This document shows positions 32,473-40,422 of a DNA stretch of 64,000 bases, one piece after another. The position numbers and the translations under genes were made by a program. Source of the DNA: an uncultured Acidobacteriota bacterium (GTDB lineage Bacteria > Acidobacteriota > Thermoanaerobaculia > Gp7-AA8 > JAHWKK01); assembly GCA_963829355.1 (NCBI GenBank), contig CAWHHZ010000020.1, forward strand, positions 4,278-68,277. The letters run 5' to 3'. Numbering within the stretch: position 1 is the first letter of the stretch; the number at the start of each line of letters is the position of its first letter. Below the pieces are notes generated by a model. That model ran no database searches, was not told the DNA's origin, and saw only the letters and a list, made by a program, of their open reading frames with translations.

Positions 32473-32534
32473 GTCGAATCGCGACACCGCTTTGCGAAGT
32501 AAAGTTAAGATTCTGGCTCCGACCCTAACTTTAC
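32442..32534 (+). repeat. Composite repeat: about-20-nt tandem units plus T-hairpin
   Basis: Units CGACACCTTGTGCCGGAAAC / CGACAGCTCATGTCGAATCG / CGACACCGCTTTGCGAAGTA. T-hairpin GTAAAGTTAAG-ATTCTGGCTCCGAC-CCTAACTTTAC at 32499-32534. Confidence 0.8.
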
Positions 32535-33923
32535 GCGCGGTGGGGCTGCGACGCATGTCATCCACTCCAGCACGTCACGCTTGTACGCCGAATCATACTG
32601 AGTCGTCAGCGTGTAGCCGTTGACGGCCTGCACGACACTCATCAGCTCGATTCTGGGATCGATCCGGACCTCCCCCGCGCGGGGAACCTCCGCCGTTCTC
32701 GCGTCCGGCGATCTCACGAAATCCGTCATGAGCGACAGCGCGTGGCGGGAGACCCACTCGCGCTCCGGGTCCACCAGCATGTGCCCCATCCCGGGAAGGA
32801 CGACCGCCGAGATCCGTCCGTCGTTTCCGGGCCGATCCTCGAGCTCCGCCAGGCGACCTACGCTCGTCGCTACCGGCACGTTGTCCTGCTCGTCTTCTGC
32901 ACCATAGAGGACGAGTGTCGGAACGGAGTCACTGCCCCACGATCGAATCGGATCGTACTCGCCAACGCGCGCCCACCATCGCCAGCGCCAGTCATCCGGC
33001 TCCGAGGGCATGACCTCAGCGAACGGCGCCGCCGGACCCTCGAGCGCCGCTTGCCTCGCCTTCTCGTAGTCGATCCAGGAGAGCCGGCCAAGCGCGTGTT
33101 CCTGAATCAATTTCTGCAGGGCCATCGCGCTCGAAATCGCCTCTTGCGAAAATCCCTTCCCCTCCATGGTGTTCCGAATCTCGAAACCGATCTGATCGAA
33201 TACCGGGACCGCGGCCGACGAGATGCTCACCACGAATCCACCACGACCCGAGAATCGAGCAGCCAGTGGTGCGATCCAGCCACCCTGACTCAGACCCACC
33301 CAGCCGGTGTTCCCGGGATCGAGACCGGCCGTCTCCACCAGGAGATCGAAACCGGCAACGGCGTCGCGAGCCAGGGCATCGAACCCGACCTCCTTCCAAT
33401 CCCCTTCCGAGTCGCCCGAGCCCCGTTTGTCAGGGAAAAGAACGTCGACTCCCGCCACCGCCAGCGCATGCGCGAACGTGTAGGCCCACACGTTGTCGCG
33501 GTCGCTCGATCCGGACCCGTGGATCATCACTGCTCCCCGACCGGCGGGGCGTGAGGGCCGAAGCAGGATGCCCGCCAGGCGAACCCCGTCTGCGCTCCGA
33601 AACGTCACGCTCTCTACCTGATACGGTGCGTCCGGATCACGTGTCCATCGAGCACCATCCGGACTTACGAGCACCGCCTCTCCCTCAGCCGGCGCAATCC
33701 AGCGGAACGCGTTTTCCTCGTCGCCGATCTGGATGCTGCCGAAGGACGCATGATCAAAATCCAGACGTCGATGACTACCTCCAGGGCCCGGCGAGACGAG
33801 AACAGATGAGCCATCAGGCGTGCGGTACCAGCCGATCGGTGACGTCGCGCCTTCACCGTTTGCGGAGATCGTGATCGACGACAGCAGGGAGAAACAAAGG
33901 ATCTGGAGCAGAAATCGCTTCAC
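32505..33923 (-). CDS. Secreted alpha/beta hydrolase, with its 3' end running into the T-hairpin
   Basis: Signal peptide. HGSGSSDRDN and GLSQGGW (GxSxG). The last residues, APPRVKLGSEPES, are encoded by the repeat, so the gene looks truncated. Confidence 0.7.
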   Translation of the reverse strand: MKRFLLQILCFSLLSSITISANGEGATSPIGWYRTPDGSSVLVSPGPGGSHRRLDFDHASFGSIQIGDEENAFRWIAPAEGEAVLVSPDGARWTRDPDAPYQVESVTFRSADGVRLAGILLRPSRPAGRGAVMIHGSGSSDRDNVWAYTFAHALAVAGVDVLFPDKRGSGDSEGDWKEVGFDALARDAVAGFDLLVETAGLDPGNTGWVGLSQGGWIAPLAARFSGRGGFVVSISSAAVPVFDQIGFEIRNTMEGKGFSQEAISSAMALQKLIQEHALGRLSWIDYEKARQAALEGPAAPFAEVMPSEPDDWRWRWWARVGEYDPIRSWGSDSVPTLVLYGAEDEQDNVPVATSVGRLAELEDRPGNDGRISAVVLPGMGHMLVDPEREWVSRHALSLMTDFVRSPDARTAEVPRAGEVRIDPRIELMSVVQAVNGYTLTTQYDSAYKRDVLEWMTCVAAPPRVKLGSEPES

Positions 33924-34069
33924 TTCAGTAACACCTCATGGGACGTGAATTCGGACAGGACGGCAGAGGACCGAGCCCGCATCAGGAGCGTGTCCGGATC
34001 GGTGCGGCAGCCGACGATCCAGCCCCCGCGAGTGTGCGTGATCTCAGGTGCATTGTTTTTCTCGAGATG

Positions 34070-34092
34070 TGACTATTATCATAATCTGGTCA
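34070..34092. promoter_or_regulatory. AT-rich palindrome upstream of the hydrolase gene (possible TetR operator)
   Basis: TGACTATTATCATAATCTGGTCA contains ATTATcATAAT and lies between the TetR gene and the hydrolase start. Confidence 0.3.
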
Positions 34093-34195
34093 TAACAGTC
34101 TAGGGAGCTAAACCACGTCGGTCAACCCTTTCGCGCTGCGGGCGCGCTCCTGCTCCAACGGAGATGTCATCCAGGACTCAAGGGCCCGGCGTTTC

Positions 34196-34762
34196 TCAAC
34201 TCGCAAGGCCAGAGACGAGGAGTCTCCCGAGAGCCCTGGCCCTTTTTTCGACTCGCGATCGGCTTCCGAGATCCTCGGAGTCGAGGTCGAAAGGCAACAG
34301 ACTATTCGTTGCGAGTACGAGTAGCTCAGCGACGTCCTCTCCGTGATTTCTCTCTTCCAGAACAGTCTTCAATACGTGCGCTTCTCTCCGGAAGTGCTCC
34401 CTGCGTCGCTCGAGCAGATCAGGACGAATCGCCCTGAGCAGATCGTCCAGAGAACTCTCGTACTGAGTCACGGCCTCGAACCGAACCATGACACGGGCGG
34501 TGAGCATCCGTTCCAGGCGCTCAGCCCAGGGTGTGTCCTCTCCGGCAATCCTCTTCATCCGCTGAATCACGCGTTCCACGATGCCGTCCACGTGAGTGAG
34601 AACCAGTTCTTTTTTGCTGGAGAAATAGAGGTATATGGTGCCTTTGCCGACCCCGGCTCGATGGGCCACGCCTGCAACGGTCAATCCGTCGTAGCCCCTC
34701 TCGATGAGAAGCTCGCCAACTGCATCGATAATCCACGCTCGGATATCCTCGCGTGGCGCCAC
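34196..34762 (-). CDS. TetR/AcrR family transcriptional regulator
   Basis: N-terminal HTH YDGLTVAGVAHRAGVGKGTIYLYFSSKKEL. Confidence 0.85.
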   Translation of the reverse strand: MAPREDIRAWIIDAVGELLIERGYDGLTVAGVAHRAGVGKGTIYLYFSSKKELVLTHVDGIVERVIQRMKRIAGEDTPWAERLERMLTARVMVRFEAVTQYESSLDDLLRAIRPDLLERRREHFRREAHVLKTVLEERNHGEDVAELLVLATNSLLPFDLDSEDLGSRSRVEKRARALGRLLVSGLAS

Positions 34763-34960
34763 GACTCTCTTCTTCCGCTCTCTGATCGGGATCCCCTTCC
34801 GTCGTCGGTCCTCGACGAGATCCGCTCCTCGCCGAGCTTACGGCTGGGATATCGTAACCCGTATAGGTGAGTCGAGAACCGCCTTAGGAATTGCAGCCGT
34901 TCTTGGCCGGGCGCGGGGACGGTCTCGTACGTTGGACCGGTCGATCGTATGAACTCGGGG

Positions 34961-35041
34961 TCATGCCGAATCGCGACACCGCTTTGCGAAGTGAAGTTAG
35001 AATTCTGGCTCTGACCCTAACATTACGGGCTCTAACTTTAC
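34961..35041 (+). repeat. Composite repeat: one 20-nt unit plus a T-hairpin with a duplicated 3' arm
   Basis: GTGAAGTTAGA-ATTCTGGCTCTGAC-CCTAACATTAC, then GGG-CTCTAACTTTAC. Confidence 0.75.
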
Positions 35042-35114
35042 CCGTACGAGTAGAGTTGTCGGTCTGAGAGGCGGGCTGTCGCTGATCCGCCTCTCCCGCG
35101 GCGACACAAAGGTC

Positions 35115-35221
35115 ATTGATCCCGACGACTGTGGAAAGGGGAGCGGTACAGCCGAAGTGCGAGACAATCGCATCCAGAGCGCTACATTGCACTTTGGGTG
35201 TCCCCGGTTGGTGAGCACTCA
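35115..35221 (+). repeat. Z element, copy A (3' flank of the 76-aa gene)
   Basis: ATTGATCCCGACGAC...GTACAGCCGAAGTGCGAGACAATCGCATCCAGAGCGCTACATTGCACTTTGGGTGTCCCC. A near-identical copy lies at 36252-36356. Confidence 0.7.
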
Positions 35222-35449
35222 CCTCCGGTATCGCCGCAGCGCCTCGATGCTCTCGGCAGCTTCCTTCCGCGAACGGTACCCGTAGTCGATGATCGATACA
35301 GAGTCTGCTCCTACCGCGGCGATCGCCCACATCACGTCGGGGTCATTCGGTTCGCGCTCGGTGTCGTACCAATGAAGCTCGAGCGAGGTGGTGTCACCGT
35401 CGTACGCTTCGATCGCAATCGGCAGGAGCCGTTCGTCATGATCCGACAT
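35219..35449 (-). CDS. Small acidic protein (76 aa), unknown family, intact copy A
   Basis: MSDHDERLLPIAIEAYDGDTTSLELHWYDTEREPNDPDVMWAIAAVGADSVSIIDYGYRSRKEAAESIEALRRYRR. GAGG lies 13 nt upstream. Three further partial copies are present in the window. Confidence 0.55.
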   Translation of the reverse strand: MSDHDERLLPIAIEAYDGDTTSLELHWYDTEREPNDPDVMWAIAAVGADSVSIIDYGYRSRKEAAESIEALRRYRR

Positions 35450-35475
35450 CCCGCGATCGTACCTCGGCGACCTGC

Positions 35476-35757
35476 GGTTCTACTCCTCGTAGAATCCGAG
35501 ATCATCGTCAGGGTCTCGAACCAGCACACTGGAGGTGTGCCGGAAGGTAGCCGGTGGTAGCGCCGGAGGCGCAACCACCGGTGCAATGTCACCCACCCCA
35601 CCACGCAGCACCCCGGCAGGGGTGCCGGGACTCGCGGCCTGGGAAGACAGTTCATACCGCAGAGCGACACCTCATGCCGGAAACCGACAGCTCATGCCGA
35701 ATCGCGACGCGACTTTGCGAAGTAACGTTTGGATTCGAGGTCTGACCCCAAGTTTAC
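35476..35757 (+). repeat. Full composite repeat: Y fragment + H element + four 20-nt units + T-hairpin
   Basis: GGTTCTACtcctcGTAGAA; H at 35522-35627; 20-nt units at 35645-35720; T variant at 35722-35757. Confidence 0.8.
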
Positions 35758-35760
35758 GGG

Positions 35761-36020
35761 CTAATCGTAGGCTTTGCTTCGGTGGCGAATATAGAGAATG
35801 TCTACGACCTTCTGTGTGTCGTCGATCGAGAAACGATGCGGCAGTCACCGGCCCGTAGCCTCCATCTCGCCGGACCTCCCTCGAGCTTCTTGACTCCGCG
35901 AGGACGAGGATCGAAAGAGAGAGAATCAATCTTCTTCGTGACGCGGGAGGCGACACTCGCTGGCAGCCGGTCGTACTCCCTGGCCGCCGAAGGTTTGATC
36001 AGGACCTTGTACTCAGCCAC
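35761..36020 (-). pseudogene. RelE/ParE-family toxin with a 1-nt frameshift
   Basis: VAEYKVLIKPSAAREYDRLPASVASRV...WRLRAGDCRIV. After a T3 run (expected T4) the +1 frame reads FSIDDTQKVVDILYIRHRSKAYD and stops at 35761. Confidence 0.65.
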
Positions 36021-36210
36021 GCATCTTGTGCTTGTCGCGCTTTGCAGCGCCACGCTTCACCGTCTCGAACGGAACGCTCTTCTCGTGCTCCCTGGACGAT
36101 GCCACGAGCTGGTCGTGGAAGTCTTCCCACAACTCGCCGTGGCGCTCGAGATCGATCTGCACGGCAACCTTCCGGCCCTCTTCATTCGTGACGTAGCGAA
36201 TCCCTTCCAT
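36013..36210 (-). CDS. Putative antitoxin partner of the RelE-like gene
   Basis: 65-aa ORF directly upstream of and overlapping the toxin start by 8 nt. GGAGA lies upstream of the ATG. Confidence 0.55.
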   Translation of the reverse strand: MEGIRYVTNEEGRKVAVQIDLERHGELWEDFHDQLVASSREHEKSVPFETVKRGAAKRDKHKMRG

Positions 36211-36251
36211 GATCTATCTCCTGGGTCAAGGATAACCGATCGTGTTAGGAG

Positions 36252-36356
36252 TTTGATCCCGACGACCGGGGAACGGGAGCAGTACAGCCGAAGTGCGAAA
36301 CATCGCATCCAGAGCGCTACATTGCACTTTGAGTGTCCCCGGGTGGTGGGCACTCA
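36252..36356 (+). repeat. Z element, copy C
   Basis: Near-identical to 35115-35221. Confidence 0.7.
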
Positions 36357-36464
36357 CCTCCGGTGTCGCCGCAGCGCTTCGATGCTCTCGTCAGCTTCCT
36401 CTCGCGAACGATCCCCATAGTCGATGATCGACACCGAGTCCGCTCCAACCGCGGCGATCGCCCA
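36354..36464 (-). pseudogene. 3' fragment of the 76-aa gene family
   Basis: Encodes WAIAAVGADSVSIIDYGDRSREEADESIEALRRHRR only. It abuts the truncated TcmP-like gene. Confidence 0.65.
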
Positions 36465-36465
36465 G

Positions 36466-37085
36466 GGTTCGACCATTACATCTTCGTCGAGCAGCGGAAG
36501 GATCGTTGTCGGGAGCTGGAGGAGCTGAGAACGGAGTTCCCGGAGCAGGCGGCTGAGATCGAGATCAGACAGGGCGATGCGAATCAGCAGATTCAGGATC
36601 TTTGTGGCAAGAGCTGTCAGAGCCATCGTGCGGTGCTGTTCCTCGATCCTTATGGCACCCAGGTTCACTGGGAGACGATCGAGGCTGTCGCCAGAACGGA
36701 GGCGATCGACATGTGGCTTCTGTTTCCGCTCGGCATCGGCGTCAATCGAATGCTCCCGCCATCTGGAGACGTGCCTCAGACGTGGAAGGAGACGCTGACT
36801 CGGCTCCTCGGTACTTCAGACTGGTACGATGAGTTCTATCGTGTGGAGCATGACGATACGTTGTTCGGGCCGGAGGAGCGCGTGGTGAAGGCGAGCGTCG
36901 ATGTCATCGGGCGTTACTTCAACGATCGCCTGAAGCAGATCTTTCCTGGTGTGGCGGAGCAGCCGGGCGTGCTGCGCAACTCCGCGAATTGCCCGCTCTA
37001 TCTCTTCTGCTTCGCGGCAGGGAACAAATACGGCGCGCCGATCGCACTGAACATCGCGAATCACCTTCTGAAGGAGCTGCGCTGA
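36466..37085 (+). pseudogene. tcmP: Three-Cys-motif partner protein (TcmP-like), 5'-truncated
   Basis: ...AVLFLDPYGTQVHWETIEAVARTEAIDMWLLFPLGIGVNRML... The N-terminal part of the track ORF is the antisense of the 76-aa gene fragment and Z element. Confidence 0.55.
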
Positions 37086-37828
37086 TGGCTGCCGGGACAG
37101 GAATCGAGTGGACCGAGGCGACGTGGAATCCCGTGACGGGTTGCACGAAGATCAGCCCGGGGTGTAAGCACTGCTATGCCGAGCGGATGGCGGAGCGTCT
37201 GCGGCTCATGGGGCAGGCGAACTATCGAAACGGCTTTCGGCTCACCTTGCAGCCCCACATGCTCGAGCTTCCGCTGAGGTGGAAGAAGCCTCGGACCATC
37301 TTCGTCAACTCGATGAGCGATCTCTTTCACGACGGCGTGCCTCTCGACTACATCCGGCAGGTCTTCGACGTGATGAAGCGCGCATCGTGGCACCGCTTCC
37401 AGGTGCTGACGAAACGAGCGAAGAGGCTGGCAGAGCTCGACCCTCACCTGGAGTGGCCGGAGAACGTCTGGATGGGCGTCAGCGTCGAGAGCTCTTCATA
37501 CCGCCATCGCATCGACGCCCTCCGCCAGACCGATGCCCGCATCAAGTTTCTCTCCCTCGAGCCGCTCCTCGGCCCGCTCCCCGACTTGAACCTCGACGGC
37601 ATCAACTGGGTGATCGTCGGCGGCGAATCCGGACCCGGCGCCCGTCCAATGGAGCCGGACTGGGCTCTCGACGTGAAGCGTCAATGCCACGATGCGTTGG
37701 TTCCTTTCTTCTTCAAGCAGTGGGGCGGGACAAACAAGAAAAAGGCGGGGAGAGTGCTGGAGGGGCGGACGTGGAATGAGATGCCGGCGGGCATGTCAGG
37801 CAACCCAGCATTCGCTCAGTCTTCATAG
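37085..37828 (+). CDS. DUF5131 / phage Gp37-Gp68 family protein
   Basis: [31 protein letters not shown] three-Cys N-terminus. The ATG overlaps the upstream stop (TGATG). Confidence 0.8.
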   Translation: MAAGTGIEWTEATWNPVTGCTKISPGCKHCYAERMAERLRLMGQANYRNGFRLTLQPHMLELPLRWKKPRTIFVNSMSDLFHDGVPLDYIRQVFDVMKRASWHRFQVLTKRAKRLAELDPHLEWPENVWMGVSVESSSYRHRIDALRQTDARIKFLSLEPLLGPLPDLNLDGINWVIVGGESGPGARPMEPDWALDVKRQCHDALVPFFFKQWGGTNKKKAGRVLEGRTWNEMPAGMSGNPAFAQSS

Positions 37829-37841
37829 CGCGGTCTGGTGA

Positions 37842-38216
37842 TCAGTCGCCGGCAATGGGCAGCTTCCGAACTCGGATGCGACTGCGCTCGATCACGATGA
37901 CTGATCCCTCATCGACTGCGTCTTCGATGCTGGCCAGGTTCGTCAGGATCAGCATCACTTGATGCGGCGGGCGGTGAACTCCCTCGCCTCGAAACAGGAT
38001 CACGGAAGGTATCGACGCTTTTCGTCCGGACAGGATCGCTCCGAAGTCGGTATCGGCTGAGATCAGACATCGCCGCTCTCGCGCTGCCAACTCCAGGACC
38101 GCCGGATCAGCGGCCGATGCCAGTCCGAGATCGCGGATGTGAACTGCGTCGTGACCGGCCGTGCGCAGACCCTCTGCCACGACAGGAGACAGTGCGTTGT
38201 CGACGAGAAACTTCAC
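37842..38216 (-). CDS. DUF5615 (Mut7-C/PIN-like) putative toxin
   Basis: MKFLVDNALSPVVAEGLRTAGHDAVHIRDLG...LISADTDFG. 4-nt overlap with the upstream DUF433 gene. Confidence 0.7.
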   Translation of the reverse strand: MKFLVDNALSPVVAEGLRTAGHDAVHIRDLGLASAADPAVLELAARERRCLISADTDFGAILSGRKASIPSVILFRGEGVHRPPHQVMLILTNLASIEDAVDEGSVIVIERSRIRVRKLPIAGD

Positions 38217-38443
38217 CTCGGTTCGAGAACGGGAAGCTGACGCTCCCTCAGAGCCTCGGCGGCAAAGCGGAGTGCTTCGCGCAGATCCTCCGCCTCGAGG
38301 TCCGGATAATCACCGAGGATCTCCGCTTCAGTCGCCCCCTCGGCAAGCATTCCCACGAGGGTCGCAACCGGAATGCGCAGCCCCCGAATGCACGGCACAC
38401 CACCCATCTTCTCGGGCTCAATCGTGATTCGCTCAAAGCTCAT
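38213..38443 (-). CDS. DUF433 putative antitoxin
   Basis: ITIEPEKMGGVPCIRGLRIPVATLVGMLAEGATEAEILGDYPDLEAEDLREAL. Start taken at the ATG at 38443. Confidence 0.7.
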   Translation of the reverse strand: MSFERITIEPEKMGGVPCIRGLRIPVATLVGMLAEGATEAEILGDYPDLEAEDLREALRFAAEALRERQLPVLEPR

Positions 38444-38523
38444 CTGAGAAGGATAACCGATCGTACTCAGGAGATTGATCCCGGCGAACATGGAGATCCG
38501 GGGTCAGGTTTGTGACCGACGGT

Positions 38524-38610
38524 GGTTCTACTGACCGTAGAAGTTTTGGCGGAATCGGCCTCGGATTCTACATCCCGTAGATTTGACCGCCGACCAAAGA
38601 CCTGACCCCA
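38524..38610 (+). repeat. Y element
   Basis: GGTTCTACtgaccGTAGAA...GGAATCGG...TTCTACatcccGTAGA-TTTGACCGCCGACCAAAGACCTGACCCCA. Confidence 0.8.
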
Positions 38611-38649
38611 AGGCTCCGCAAAGCTCCGCAAAGCTCCGAAAGCTCCGAG
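38611..38649 (+). repeat. 10-nt tandem repeat (GCTCCGCAAA-type)
   Basis: aggctccgca aagctccgca aagctccga aagctccga. Homologous tract with one more unit at 48281-48320. Confidence 0.75.
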
Positions 38650-38667
38650 GTCCCTAACTTCCCCTTT

Positions 38668-38723
38668 TTACTGACGATCTTCCGAAAAGAGAACGGTCTC
38701 GATCCGCTCGACCCGTGATTCGA
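38668..38723 (-). pseudogene. 3' fragment of the 84-aa coiled-coil gene (homolog of 48340..48594)
   Basis: Encodes ...ESRVERIETVLFSEDRQ plus an identical 3' flank. Homology stops near 38723. Confidence 0.6.
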
Positions 38724-38786
38724 TTCTAGCATGCGCCCATCGGGTCTGTGCGCCTGCGGCTGTGGGTCGGGCAATGGGCGACGCTC

Positions 38787-38877
38787 GGTTCGTGACTCGA
38801 TCGTAGAAATCTGAGCGGAATCGGCTTCAGATTCTACATCTCGTAGATTCGACCGCCGACCAAAGACCTGGCCCCAG
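38787..38877 (+). repeat. Y element (first arm degenerate)
   Basis: ...GTAGAAATCTGAGCGGAATCGGCTTCAGATTCTACATCTCGTAGATTCGACCGCCGACCAAAGACCTGGCCCCAG. Confidence 0.8.
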
Positions 38878-38890
38878 ATGGTCTGGCCCC

Positions 38891-38978
38891 GGTTCTACTG
38901 ATCGTAGAAATCTGAGCGGAATCGGCTTCAGATTCTACATCTCGTAGATTCGACCGCCGACCAAAGACCTGGCCCCAG
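38891..38978 (+). repeat. Y element (tandem with the previous copy)
   Basis: GGTTCTACtgatcGTAGAAATCTGAGCGGAATCGGCTTCAGATTCTACATCTCGTAGATTCGACCGCCGACCAAAGACCTGGCCCCAG. Confidence 0.85.
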
Positions 38979-39235
38979 AGGTCTGGCCCCAGAGGTCTCT
39001 GCTACAGCCACACAATTGCGAGAACGAGAATCGCGATGTCGGGCTCTGTCGGCAGGCGAGTTCACCGCGAGCACTCAAAAGTGTGATGGCTTGCCCTGAT
39101 ATTGTGTCAGGAGAATGATCCCCACCAGAGATCTGACCTTCTGAGGCTTGAGGGCCGGAGGAGTGACGCGCGACGGTTATTGGCGTGTTCCGCGGTTGCC
39201 ATCAATCTCGAACGGGCCTTCTGTACAATCGGAGC

Positions 39236-39919
39236 ATGCCAGCGAAAAAGGAGCGGGAGTGGGTACTGCGGCGGCGGCAGCGAGAATGGTTGTCTGAGGG
39301 TGGGAGCGCCGTGCCCGTGATTGAGCTTCTTCTCGAGATGGAGCGACCGGAGGAGGCAGCGACGATGGGCCGTCTGGCGCTGCGGATGGAAATCTCTGCA
39401 GCGGATCGAACGCGGGTCGAGGCGCTGCTCTGCACGATCGAGAGCACGCCGCATGGCTGGTCTGAAGCACTCGGCCACTTCGCGCGGTACCCGTCGCGCG
39501 AGACCTGGGACGCGATCATCCGCTTTTCACCTGAGGAGCGAGTCTATGACTGGGCGGAGCGCGCCGTACGGGATCTCGTCGAGATGGGCTGCAGCGGGGA
39601 TCCCATCATTCTTTATGCGAGCCAGACCGGTCTCACACCCGGCATGATCGGTCTCGTCGAAGAGGGGCGGGTATCGGTCGACGCCCTTCTGGAGAGGGGG
39701 CGGCGAACCGAGACGGCACGCGCCATCTGGCTTGGATTGGCTGCTCAGGCCGCCTACATCCATGGCGATCGGTTTCGCACCATCGCACTTCTCCGCGAAT
39801 CACGCTCGCACGAGAGCTCCCTCGCATCGGCCGCCGGAACCGTTCTCTGGCTTCGGGAGATGGCCAACGAGGAGATGAAGGAGATGATGAAGAAGGCCGG
39901 CGTGTGGGATTTACTTTAG
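39236..39919 (+). CDS. Hypothetical protein (227 aa), no recognised domain
   Basis: ATG after GGAG. Helical-looking product. Coding status is inferred from ORF length only. Confidence 0.4.
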   Translation: MPAKKEREWVLRRRQREWLSEGGSAVPVIELLLEMERPEEAATMGRLALRMEISAADRTRVEALLCTIESTPHGWSEALGHFARYPSRETWDAIIRFSPEERVYDWAERAVRDLVEMGCSGDPIILYASQTGLTPGMIGLVEEGRVSVDALLERGRRTETARAIWLGLAAQAAYIHGDRFRTIALLRESRSHESSLASAAGTVLWLREMANEEMKEMMKKAGVWDLL

Positions 39920-40209
39920 AGAAGAGAGCCTGGGGCCTTCAGCATGAACCGCCGGAGGCTGAGAAAAATCGCCGCTCCCGAGACCACGAGCAAAGCAGGG
40001 TAGATGAGAAGCAGATCGATCCTGATGTTGCACTCACCCGAGCAGAGAACACGCGCTTTCATCCCGTATTCGTACCCCGCATACAGGGCCCACATCACTG
40101 CGGCGGCCAAGGACGACCGACTCCGCGACGACACCCAGAGAAAAATGAAGAGGCCCGCAGGCAGAAGTGCGAGAAGCGGGCGGTCGATCAAGCTCGTCAG
40201 ACTCGGCAT
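39916..40209 (-). CDS. Hypothetical small membrane protein
   Basis: Three hydrophobic segments. Convergent with the previous ORF and overlaps it by 4 nt. Confidence 0.35.
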   Translation of the reverse strand: MPSLTSLIDRPLLALLPAGLFIFLWVSSRSRSSLAAAVMWALYAGYEYGMKARVLCSGECNIRIDLLLIYPALLVVSGAAIFLSLRRFMLKAPGSLL

Positions 40210-40282
40210 GGCTGTGGATGTAGTTTAACCAGAAGATGTTCAGTCCGAGCGAGAACTTCGGCGGTACAGTTCCATCGCCCCC

Positions 40283-40335
40283 GGATTCTACCCTTCGTGG
40301 AATTGACAGCCGACCAAAGACCGGGCACTGCCAGA
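40283..40335 (+). repeat. Partial Y element
   Basis: GGATTCTACccttcGTGGAATTGACAGCCGACCAAAGACCGGGCAC. Confidence 0.55.
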
Positions 40336-40344
40336 AGGGGCCTA

Positions 40345-40372
40345 CGCGAGTCGGGCCTGGAGACCCGACTCA
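40345..40372 (-). repeat. REP-like hairpin, partial, inverted orientation
   Basis: GCGAGTCGGGCCTGGAGACCCGACTCACC is the reverse complement of the first hairpin of the 13871 family. Confidence 0.6.
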
Positions 40373-40422
40373 CCGCACCGCGACAGGCATAGGCGGGGCT
40401 CCGCATATAATCTCCGCACACA

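Noticed and set aside
35332-35670. ORFs that read through the H/20-nt/T repeats (for example 35332..35670, 43430..43828, 46004..46306, 23380..23817, 58966..59385)
   Set aside because: Their sequence is dictated by hairpin repeats, giving Cys/Arg/Pro-rich, low-complexity products. They recur only because the repeat recurs, and they lack start contexts.
38524-38978. CRISPR array (regularly recurring repeats)
   Set aside because: The repeats are 85-280 nt, internally hairpinned and irregularly spaced (0.01-8 kb). They are separated by genes rather than uniform short spacers. No cas genes are present.
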